The position numbers were made by a program, and so were the translations under genes. Below, one piece after another: positions 13,359 to 23,715 of a stretch of DNA of 64,000 bases. The notes under the pieces are model-generated. The model ran no database searches, was not told the DNA's origin, and saw nothing but the letters and a program-made list of their open reading frames with translations. The stretch is from Octopus sinensis (Eukaryota): positions 38,750,001 to 38,814,000 of the forward strand of contig NC_043015.1 of NCBI RefSeq assembly GCF_006345805.1. The letters are read 5' to 3'. The first letter of the stretch is position 1; each line of letters begins with the position of its first letter.

Positions 13359-14420
13359 GTGTGTGTATATATGTATGTATGTATGTGTGTATGTATGTGT
13401 GTATGTATGTATGTGTGTATGCATGTATGTATGTATGTATGTATGTATGTATGTATGTGTGTATGTATGTGTGTATGTATGTATGTATGTATGCATGTGT
13501 GTGTGTATGTATGTGTGTATGTATGTATGTATGTATGTATGTGTGTGTATGTATGCATGTATGTGTGTATGTATGTGTGTATGTATGTGTGTATGTGTAT
13601 GTATGTATGTATGTATGTATGTATGTATGTATGTATGTACGTATATATATTATGTATATGTATATCATTATCTTGCATCACCATCACTTGAAGCCTGTAT
13701 TCCATGATTAATAATGGTAAGGGTTGGATGGTTTGACAGGATGTGACAGGTCAAAGGACTCTTAAGAACCTCCAATGTTTTGGCTTTCAGCATCGTTTCC
13801 ATAGTTACATCTCTCTCTCTATCTATCGAGCTAGCTATCCATCCATATATTTATCTGTTTGTCTGTCTGTCTGTGTGTCTCTCTCTCTCACTCTCTCTCT
13901 TTCTATACATATATATACATATATATATACATGTATGTATATATATATATAGATATATATATCTATATATCTATATATATACATATATACAGTATATATG
14001 TATATATATATATATATAAAGTTAGACATGGCCTGAACCAATCTTTGGTTGAAACATATCTAAGTTTTATCTAAGTTTGTTGTGTGTATGTGTGTGTGTA
14101 TGTATGTGTGTGAGTTTATATATATATATATATAATTTCAACAATTGAGGGCAAAATTAATTAATTATTAATCAATTTCACCAAGTGTTCAGTATGCAAA
14201 GGGACCATTCAAGGCGAATTCAAATTATTACATTATATAAAAGGGCTTAGTAAAATAAATTACTTTGCCGCATACTGAACTCATTAGAAATAGCAGCTAA
14301 AAAACTTTTTTAAAGCTATTTCTAATACTTAAAGAAAATCTCTCTCATATATAGTGTTTGCTTAATTCAACACAAAAGTTTGGGGGTAAGGACATCGAAA
14401 AATCAAATGCTAAGGTTATT

Positions 14421-14472
14421 TGAGAACGTACGTTTCAAGATTAGTCAAAACAACACTTCTTTCATCAGCTCA
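14421..14472 (-). ncRNA. Type I hammerhead ribozyme (family A, copy 1)
   Basis: UGAG-CUGAUGA-AAGA...UCUU-GAAA-CGUAC-GUU-CUCA: intact core, stem I UGAG/CUCA, stem II AAGA/UCUU, palindromic stem III ACGUACGU. Confidence 0.75.
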
Positions 14473-14955
14473 GAAATTCCTTGGTTTGGATTTGGAAACA
14501 CTGAAAATAAGAACATACCCTTTCGAAGATCTGCTCGTAATAACAGTGCCAACAAATTCAAATAAGCAAGCGAAGAATCTCTGTTCTCCCCTTTCCACCA
14601 GCGTGGTTAAAATCATCAAACACTATGCTTATTTCGGTAAAATCCGAAGCATTAATCAGAGGGAGATTAATTATAATTTCAACAATTGAGGGCAAAATTA
14701 ATTAATTAAATCAATTTCACCAAGTGTTCAGTATGCAAAGGGACCATCAAGGCGAATTCAAATTATTACATTATAAAAGGGCTTAGTAAAATAAATTACT
14801 TTGCCGCATAGAACTCATTAGAAATAGCAGCTAAAAAACTTTTTTAAAGCTATTTCTAATACTTAAAGAAAATCTCTCTCATATATAGTGTTTGCTTAAT
14901 TCAACTCACAAAAGTTTGGGGGTAAGGACATCGAAAAATCAAATGCTAAGGTTAT

Positions 14956-15007
14956 TGAGAACGTACGTTTCAAGATTAGTCAAAACAACACTTCTTTCAT
15001 CAGCTCA
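14956..15007 (-). ncRNA. Type I hammerhead ribozyme (family A, copy 2)
   Basis: Same motif as copy 1, 535 nt away. Confidence 0.75.
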
Positions 15008-15580
15008 GAAATTCCTTGGTTTGGATTTGGAAACACTGAAAATAAGAAATACACCTTTCGAAGATCTGCTCGTAACTAACAGTGCCAACAAATTCAAATA
15101 AGCAAGCGAAGAATCTCTGTTCTCCCCTTTCCACCAGCGTGGGTTAAAATCATCAAACACTATGCTTATTTCGGTAAAATCCGAAGCATTAATCAGAGGG
15201 AGATTAATTATAATTTCAACAATTGAGGGCAAAATTAATTAATTATTAATCAATTTCACCAAGTGTTCAGTATGCAAAGGGACCATTCAAGGCGAATTCA
15301 AATTATTACATTTGCATACTGAACACTTGGTGAAATTGATTAATAATTAATTAATTTTGCCCTCAATTGTTGAAATTATAATTAATCTCCCTCTGATTAA
15401 TGCTTCGGATTTTACCGAAATAAGCATAGTGTTTGATGATTTTAACCCACGCTGGTGGAAAGGGGAGAACAGAGATTCTTCGCTTGCTTATTTGAATTTG
15501 TTGGCACTGTTAGTTACGAGCAGATCTTCGAAAGGGTATGTTCTTATTTTCAGTGTTTCCAATCCAAACCAAGGAATTTC

Positions 15581-15632
15581 TGAGCTGATGAAAGAAGTGT
15601 TGTTTTGACTAATCTTGAAACGTACGTTCTCA
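15581..15632 (+). ncRNA. Type I hammerhead ribozyme (family A, copy 3, in inverted arm)
   Basis: tgag CTGATGA aagaagtgttgttttgactaatctt GAAA cgtacGTT ctca. Confidence 0.75.
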
Positions 15633-15813
15633 AATAACCTTAGCATTTGATTTTCGATGTCCTTACCCCCAAACTTTTGTGAGTTGAATTAAGCAAACAC
15701 TATATATGAGAGAGATTTTCTTTAAGTATTAGAAATAGCTTTAAAAAAGTTTTTTAGCTGCTATTTCTAATGAGTTCAGTATGCGGCAAAGTAATTTATT
15801 TTACTAAGCCTTT

Positions 15814-15849
<36 letters not shown>

Positions 15850-16404
15850 GATCGTGAGGTTGTGAGCTCGAATCCCGGACCGGGCTGCGTGTTGTGTTCT
15901 TGAGCAAGGCACTTTATTTCACGTTGCTCCAGTTCACTCAGCTGTAAAAATGAGTTGCGACGTCACTGGTGCCAAGCTGTATCGACCTTTGTCTTTCCCT
16001 TGGATAACACTGGTGGCGTGGAGAGGGGAGGCTGGTATGCATGGGCGACTGCTGGTCTTCCATAAACAACCTTGCCCGGACTTGTGTCTAGGAGGGTAAC
16101 TTTCTAGGTGCAATCCCATGGTCATTCATGACCGAAGGGGATCTTTACCCTTTATATATATATAAACACACACACACACACATATATATATAGACATGTA
16201 TGTATGTATAAGCTTGTATACATATATGTATGTATGTACTCACAGCTCTTTATAGATAAATACATGAACATATATTCAAGTATATGAAACTGTGTCCACT
16301 CATGCATGTCTAACATGCATATATATATATATACATGTGTGTATGTGTGTGTGTGTGTGTGTGCATCTGTGTATCTGACTGATTAACATCCACTCCTCGA
16401 GGTT

Positions 16405-19335
16405 TAATAATAATAATAATAATAATAATTGTGTACAGTGCTCAGGTGCACTACAACTCATCTAAAGTGTATATATAATCAGGTGTAGTTTCGGCGGATT
16501 TCGGAAAGCATGAGGGCCTTAAAAGATGCAGTGTCATGGCAGTCAACAACTGACGCAGGCAGTTTATTCCATGCTTCAGCAACTCTGAGCGTGAAAAAAT
16601 GTTTCCGAAAGTCATGGGAGCTGTATTGTTTTCTGACTTTGTAGGCATGTCCACGTGTGTTAGACACATGGAGATCAAAAAGGTGTTCAGTGTTGTTGTT
16701 GGTGAGGTGGTTGATAACTTTGTGGGTGTTTACCAAGTCCGTCGCCAAACGCCGGAGCTTCAGTGAACCATGTCCAGGGAAACAAGGCGCTCAGAATATG
16801 GTAGGTGTCTGATGGAGGGTATGCGTTTGGTTGCACGTCTCTGGACAGATTCCAGGAGGTCAATGTTCTGTGCAAGATAGGGGTTCCAAACTGATGATGC
16901 GAATTCCAAGTGTGGTCGTACCATAGCTGTATACAGTTTTAAATAGATGGCTGGAGAGCGGCTAACAAAAGACCTGCTGAGTGATGCCAAGACACCCTCG
17001 GCCTTCCTGACAATCTTAGAGATATGCTTTGACCAACGCAAATCACTGCTGACAGTGATGCCTAGGTCACGCTCGCAAGAGGATTTCTTGATATCAGTGT
17101 TGTGGAGGGAGTATGTGAACGCAGGGTTTTTTCTCCCAAAATGCATGGTAGTACACTTGTCCACAGCCAGTTTCAGTTGCCAGTCTGTGATCCATTGCTG
17201 CATTGTGTCTAGGTCTGATTGCAGGAAAGAGTTGTAGACATCAGGATCTGTCCTCTTGATTTCAAGGTACAGCTTGATGTCGTCTGCATATTTCAATACT
17301 GTGGCATTCTTTAAATTGGCATCTATGTCGTTAATGTATGCCACAAACAAGAGGGGACCAAGGACAGATCCCTGTGGTACACCCGATGACATCTCATATG
17401 GTGTAGAGTGCTGTCCTAGAACTGTGACTACCTCCTTTCGGCTGAGGATGAAGGATTTCAACCAGTTGAAAAGGTCATCCCCCACACCCATTGCAGAGAG
17501 TTTCACCATAAGCCTTTTGTGTGGCACAGAGTTGAAAGCCTTAGCAAAGTCAAGGTAGACAACATCCACCCATGAGCCACTGTCAGTAATCTGAGTAATG
17601 TCCTCAAGGAACTCGACAAGCTGGTCACTGCAGCTGGAGTTAGGGACAAATCCATATTGTGAGGGTCGGATGAGACTGTGAGAGCTCCAGAAGTTCCAGA
17701 GTGTTTCTCTGACACACGATTCCATCAGTTTTGCAATACAGCTAGTGAGACTGACTGGGCGATAGTTGACAGGTGATGTGCGGTCGCCCTTTTTGAACAG
17801 AGGAATGACACTGGCAGTTTTCCACTGCTCCGGAGTAGCACCATTGTTGAGACAGTACTGGAAGAAAATAGAAAGCTGGTGTAAAAGGAAGTGCCTGCCA
17901 CGTTTGAGAAGCAGGTATGTAACTCCATCGAGACCAGGGGAGGCATAGTTGCGCTTATTTTGAAGGTGACGTCGCAGCATTGCAGGTGTAAATTCCATAG
18001 TTGTTATGGAGTTGCTGTTAGTGATGGTGAAGATGGTACATTTTGACTTTCAACAGTGAATATGTTTGCATAGCACTCGGCAATGAGTTCTGCGCATTCC
18101 TTGGGGTCGTCAGTGATCTGGTTTGTGTGAGGGTTGCGAAGAGGGCCCACTGGAGAGTGAGGTCTCTGCTTGAATGCACATATTTCCAGAAAACCTTGCT
18201 GTCAGGATTGGCTGCTATGCACTGTTCAAATTCAAGCACTGCTTTTTTTGTCACTTGCTTGAGATGGTTGGAGGATTTATTCCGCTTCTTCCTGTTGGTG
18301 TCTGATTTATGCAACCTGTATTCCCGTTCAGCAGTCCGACGTTCCCTCCTGGCAAGTCGGACCGCTGAAGTTTCCCAAATTGCCCTTTTGGGACGGTTCT
18401 TCTTTTTTGTGTTTACGTGGCACTGATGCTGCACATGCTGCCCATATTGAGTCCAGATACTCTGGAGTATAGTATTCACATCTCCAGAGTTGTAGAATTC
18501 ACGCCAGTTTGGGTGCTGTAGTTCAGTGTGGTACAGGTTCCAATCTGCTCTCTTCCAATCGAAGGAAGCAGATTGGAGATGGTTCAGGTTTTTGTTGCCC
18601 GCAAGAGCCAGATTGGCGATGATCATAGCATGATCAGAGTCACCTAGAGGTTCCTCCGTAGTGCAATTGATAACCGCTTCAGGAGTTGTGGTGAAGAGCA
18701 GGTCCAAGGTGTTGTCGCCTCTTGTTGGAGAGGTGACTACTTGTGACCAGTTTGAGTCCAGCACAAGCTCAACAAAATCGTTTGCACTCTGTGGCCAATG
18801 GAAGGTCTCCCAATCGATCTCAGGATGATTGAAATCGCCTGCAATAAACACATAAGTGGCTGTTTTCCTGGCAGCAGCTCGGAGGACATTGCAAAGCTGT
18901 GTGTCCCGATGGTAACTTGGGGGACGATAAACAACGCCAAGCAGGAGTGTTGACATGGTCATACGCACGTCACAGAAAAAAACTTCTTGTGATTCGTTCA
19001 AATTGGCACAAGGAATTACCAAAAAATTTGAACGAACGTAGACCATCACACCACCACCACGGCGGTTAGTGCGGTCCTTACGGAAGAGGTTGTACCCCGT
19101 AATGTTGAAAACCCCATCACAGAGTAAGGAATGCGCCCATGTTTCCGTGACAGTGATGAAGTCAGGGTCAACACTTCTGATGTAGGCGTTGAACAAATGT
19201 ATTTTGTTGCATAAACTGCGAGCATTTAAGGACAACAATTTGTACCCTGCTCGCAGTTTATGATGGTGTGTAGAGGATGGCAGGTTGTTCTGGCTTAGTT
19301 TCCCTGAGTTGCTGTAGTCTTTTTAGTTATTGTAA
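16405..19335 (-). mobile_element. CR1/L2-clade LINE, near-complete ORF2 (APE endonuclease + RT), frameshifted, with (ATT)n tail
   Basis: EN motifs NARSL, VTETW, GGGV, YRPP, GDFN, SDH (ORF 18018-19238); RT motifs [34 protein letters not shown] (ORF 16760-17998); C-terminus TRGH...FFTLRV...WNKLP. Confidence 0.95.
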
Positions 19336-19739
19336 TTAATTATACTTGATTACCTGCAAACAAGTCGGTTCATGACCAAGAGAGTGCATAAATTATGAGA
19401 AGAAGTAGAAAACAATCCATCATTTCTGTCCATAAAACTTGTCCTCAAATGTATTTAGTTTTGTTGGGTTTTTTTAAAAATTTTCTTTTAGGATTTTTTT
19501 TTTTTTTTGGTACATTTGTGATATTTTAATCTCAGGGAAACTCTACCAACTTTAGCTAAACAGAAGATTTTATTTTTATACATTTATCTGATTTCCGATA
19601 TTGGACATTATCCAGCTGGATGATGATTTATTGCTAAAAAGAAACAAACCCATGTTGTGGTTGGTTTGCAGATATTTTTACTATTCTCTCTCTCTGTTTC
19701 GGTTTTTGGACAATAAATAATAAATACACATATTAACCT

Positions 19740-20640
19740 GCTGGTGGCACATAAAAAGCACCAACCATTCGTGGCCGTTGATAGTCTCTCTTGGCACCTA
19801 TGCTGGTGGCATGTAATAAACACCATCTGTACGTGGCCAATGCCAGCATCGCCTTGACTGGCTTTTGTGCCGGTGGCACGTAAAAAGCACCAACCGATCG
19901 TGGCCGTTGCCAGCCTACCCTGGCACCTAAAAAGCACAATCCGTACATGGTCAATGCCAGCGCCACCTTGACTGGTTTTTGTGCCGGTGGCACGTAAAAA
20001 GCACCAACCGATCGTGGCCGTTGCCAGCCTACCCTGGCACCTAAAAAGCACAATCCGTACATGGTCAATGCCAGCGCCACCTTGACTGGTTTTTGTGCCG
20101 GTGGCACGTAAAAAGCACCAACCGATCGTGGCCGTTGCCAGCCTACCCTGGCACCTAAAAAGCACAATCCGTACATGGTCAATGCCAGCGCCACCTTGAC
20201 TGGCTTTTGTGCCGGTGGCACGTAAAAAGCACCAACCGATCGTGGCCGTTGCCAGCCTACCCTGGCACCTAAAAAGCACAATCCGTACATGGTCAATGCC
20301 AGCGCCACCTTGACTGGTTTTTGTGCCGGTGGCACGTAAAAAGCACCAACCGATCGTGGCCGTTGCCAGCCTACCCTGGCACCTAAAAAGCACAATCCGT
20401 ACATGGTCAATGCCAGCGCCACCTTGATTGGCTTTTGTGCCGGTGGCACGTAAAAAGCACCAACCGATCGTGGCCGTTGCCAGCCTACCCTGGCACCTAA
20501 AATGCACCATCCGTACGTGGTCGATGCCAGCGCTGCCTTGATTGGCTTCTGTGCCGGTGGCACGTAAAAAGCACCAACCGATCGTGGCCGTTGCCAGCCC
20601 CCCCTGGCACCTGTGCCGGTGGCACGTAAAAAGCACCCAC
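19740..20640 (+). repeat. 114-bp tandem array (~7 copies) inside the GAT-tailed retroelement
   Basis: 'gtgccggtgg' recurs at 19981, 20095 and onward; 38-aa periodic spurious ORFs. Confidence 0.9.
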
Positions 20641-21499
20641 TACACTCTCGGAGTGGTTGGCGTTAGGAAGGGCATCCAGCTGTAGAAACACTGACAGATC
20701 AGACTGGAGCCTGGTGCAGCCTCCTGGCTTCCCAGACCCGGTCGAACTGTCCAACCCATGCTAGCATGGAGAACGGACGTTAAACGATGATGATGATGAT
20801 ACATCTGTCCATTACTTTCTCAACCGCATCCTCCCACTGCACTCTTAAGTATGAGGCTATTAGGGGCATTCGATGGCAAATTAACTGAATGGTATTCTGT
20901 TGGTGGCTACGATGAGTTTTCCAGTAGAACCAATCAACAGAACAGCCTACCCATGAAATTAACCTTCAAGTGGCTGAGTACTCCACAGACATGTGTACCT
21001 TTAATGTAGTTCTGAGGGAGATCCAACGTGACACAGAATGGGCCAAGGCGAGTCCCTTCAAAATACAAGTACAACTCATTTTTGCCAGCTGAGTGGACTG
21101 GAGCAAAAGTGAAATAAAGTGTCTTGCTGAAGGACACAAGAAGCCACCAGGGTTTGAACTCATGACCATACGACTGAGAGCTGAATATCCTAACTACTTA
21201 GTCACATGCTGTGACTTGGAGACCCAAGGGCCTCTTTTCAGGTGGTATACTGAATGAAGAAAAAAAGAAAAAAGCACCCAGCACCCTTTGGAAAGAGGCA
21301 GGGGTGGAGTTGGGGGACATCCAGCCATAGAAACTAAAGCAAAAATAAAGCTTATGAGTGAGATGTTGTCCCCTGGCCCAGCTTAGAGAGCTGGGGTAGC
21401 TACGACTGCTTCCCTAATGTGTAACATGGGTGTCTTTTACCATTTCCTTGTTCCAATCATTAGACTGCGGCCATGCTGAGCACTGCCTCTCTTTTACTT

Positions 21500-21687
21500 T
21501 CTCTTTTACTTGTTTCAGTCATTTGACTGCGGCCATGCTGGAGCATCACCTTTAGTCAAGCAAATCGACCCCGGGACTTATTCTTTGTAAGCCCAGTACT
21601 TATTCTATCGGTCTCTTTTGCTGAACCGCTAAGTGACGGGGACGTAAACACATCAGCATCGGTTGTCAAGCAATGCTAGGGGGACAA

Positions 21688-21720
<33 letters not shown>

Positions 21721-21886
21721 CATATATACGACAGGCTTCTTTCAGTTTCCGTCTACCAAATCCACTCACAAGGCATTGGTTGGCCCGGAGCTATAGCAGA
21801 AGACACTTGCCCAAGGTGCCACACAGTGGGACTGAACCCGGAACCATGTGGTTGGTTAGCAAGCTACTTACCACACAGCCACTCCT
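21500..21886 (-). mobile_element. tRNA-derived octopus SINE (full length)
   Basis: Head 'ggagtggctgtgtggtaag...ggttcagtcccac' (A/B box-like); other copies at 29235-29657, 51905-52303, 60590-60980. Confidence 0.75.
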
Positions 21887-22125
21887 GTGCCTATCAGTCT
21901 CTTTTGCAAAACTGTCAACTTGAAATGAAATATTTTGTCCAAGAACACGACACATTGCCCGGTCCAGGAATCGAAACCACGATCTCGTGGTCGTAAGGGC
22001 AACACTCTAACCACTAGGCTACGCGCCATTGAGTACCCTCTACAGGTTTGCATGATCTCGGGTGTGACCTGTGGTTAAACAACATGAGAGGAGAATTCAC
22101 GCCTGCCACGACATACAACAAACTT

Positions 22126-22356
22126 TGGATCTTTACCTTTTGACCGACAGATTTAAAAAATAATTTCTTTGTAACTAAACACTTTCAAACTTCGTAAACT
22201 GGTAGAATGTGTAGAAATACGACAACTTTAACAAAAAATAACTTCCAAAATACAGAATTTTCTCAACAACGCCAAGAGAACAAGTATACGAAATTTGAAA
22301 GAGTTTAGTTGCAAAAAACTATTTTTTAAATCTGTCGGTCAAAAGGTAAAAATCCC
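22126..22356. mobile_element. MITE with ~65-bp TIRs
   Basis: 'ggatctttaccttttgaccgacagatttaaaaaata' versus 'tattttttaaatctgtcggtcaaaaggtaaaaatccc'. Confidence 0.75.
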
Positions 22357-22434
22357 AAACTTTTTATAACTGATACCCCCCACCCCCACCGGCCATTGGA
22401 TTCTGTTTTTGTTTTTTTTTTTTAAACATAAATC

Positions 22435-22822
22435 GGCAATCTTTCGTCTCTAGTAGACCTTTCCGTCGATTTCCGTAAAAAATTTTTTTTTTTTACATAT
22501 GGGCTTGCAGGAACTTTTGAAGTAATGAGAGCGAAAGAGACTAAGAGAAAGCGATTGTATGACGAGGGAAGTTCTTTTGAAGTTACCGTGCATGGGAGCA
22601 TTGATGTACATGTGTGTGTGTGTGTGTGTTTGATGGGGTGTGGGAGACAGACAGTATGTTGTGTAAGTGAAGTGCTTCTGTTAGTGTGTGTGAAGAGACA
22701 GAGAAAGTAATGTGTCTCTTTCGCTCTTATTCCTTCAAAAGTTCCCGCAAGCCCATATGTAAAAAAAGAAAATTTTTTTTACGGAAATCGACGGAAAGGT
22801 CTACTAGAGACGAAAGATCGCC
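22435..22822. mobile_element. MITE with ~105-bp TIRs (GGCRATCTTTCG termini), upstream of POFUT1
   Basis: 'ggcaatctttcgtctctagtagacctttccgtcg' versus 'cgacggaaaggtctactagagacgaaagatcgcc'. Confidence 0.8.
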
Positions 22823-23444
22823 CTTGTTTTCAATTGGTTTCACCCATTAAGAACGGCAATGGAGAAGCAAGAATATTCACAATCACAAACATATTCTTCC
22901 TTCGCCAACAAATCCCAAATACTTGAGTACCCCAAGAAATGTAAACTAAAGGAGAAAAAAAAAAAAAAGAAAGAAAAACGGAATGAGATATATCAGTTGT
23001 TGGGGAAAATTCAAAGCTTTGGAATTTTTGAAGAGCAGGGAACATGGGAAGTTGAGATATTAAAGCTTTTTTTTTTTTTTAAGTTATTTTATAGATAACC
23101 GACCCGGGGAATCGTTTTTCAACGATCTTTAGGTGCTGGTAGGCCTCGCCAGTCATTATTACATTTATAACAGATTTGGAAGAATTAGATGAAAGTTCTC
23201 GGGTAATGGTTTTTTCATGCAATTAAATTATGTTATTTTTAAAATTTGCCACCAAAATCTTATAAAATGACGATGTCCTGAAAGACGTATATGACAAATA
23301 AATTTTTAGTTTTTAGTTAATTATTCGTTTTGAGACGATTAAATAAACATCACTAATATATTTATTTAAAAAAAAAATATAGTGAAGAGGGGGGAATAAT
23401 AAGTTATAACTTGTTTTTTAATTATTATACACAAACACACACAC

Positions 23445-23486
<42 letters not shown>

Positions 23487-23519
23487 CTAACCTCCGACAC
23501 ATTTACACACAGACTGACA

Positions 23520-23715
23520 ATGGCGTGCTTCACCCATCTTCCAGTCTCTCGACTTTGCCGTCGTCTTCGGTGGCAAGAATACGCATATTTATTGACTTTC
23601 CTCTTAACAATTTCATTGAAAGTGTCTGCCGATGTCACAGCGGATGAATCAAAAAAACTTGTGAAGACTTTCGTCTGGGACGAACGTGGATATTTGATCT
23701 ATTGTCCCTGCATGG
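23520..23715 (+). CDS. POFUT1: POFUT1 exon 1
   Basis: MACF...[14 protein letters not shown]; donor G|GTAAG. Confidence 0.9.

Larger units (their letters stand above)
14131..15816. mobile_element. ~540-bp tandem repeat (2.2 units) plus inverted copy with one hammerhead ribozyme per unit; Penelope-like/retrozyme-like element in (TA)n
   Basis: Units start at 14131, 14672 and 15209; 15311-15816 is the reverse complement of ~14773-15278; (TA)n on both flanks. Confidence 0.85.

Noticed and set aside
13060-13711. Long His/Thr/Tyr and Val/Cys/Met ORFs (also 8208-9824, 35700-36444, 40967-41492)
   Set aside because: Simple-sequence repeats (TATG, TG, TA, AAT)
19608-20636. 342-aa and 276-aa repetitive ORFs
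   Set aside because: Produced by a stop-free 114-bp tandem repeat inside a retroelement
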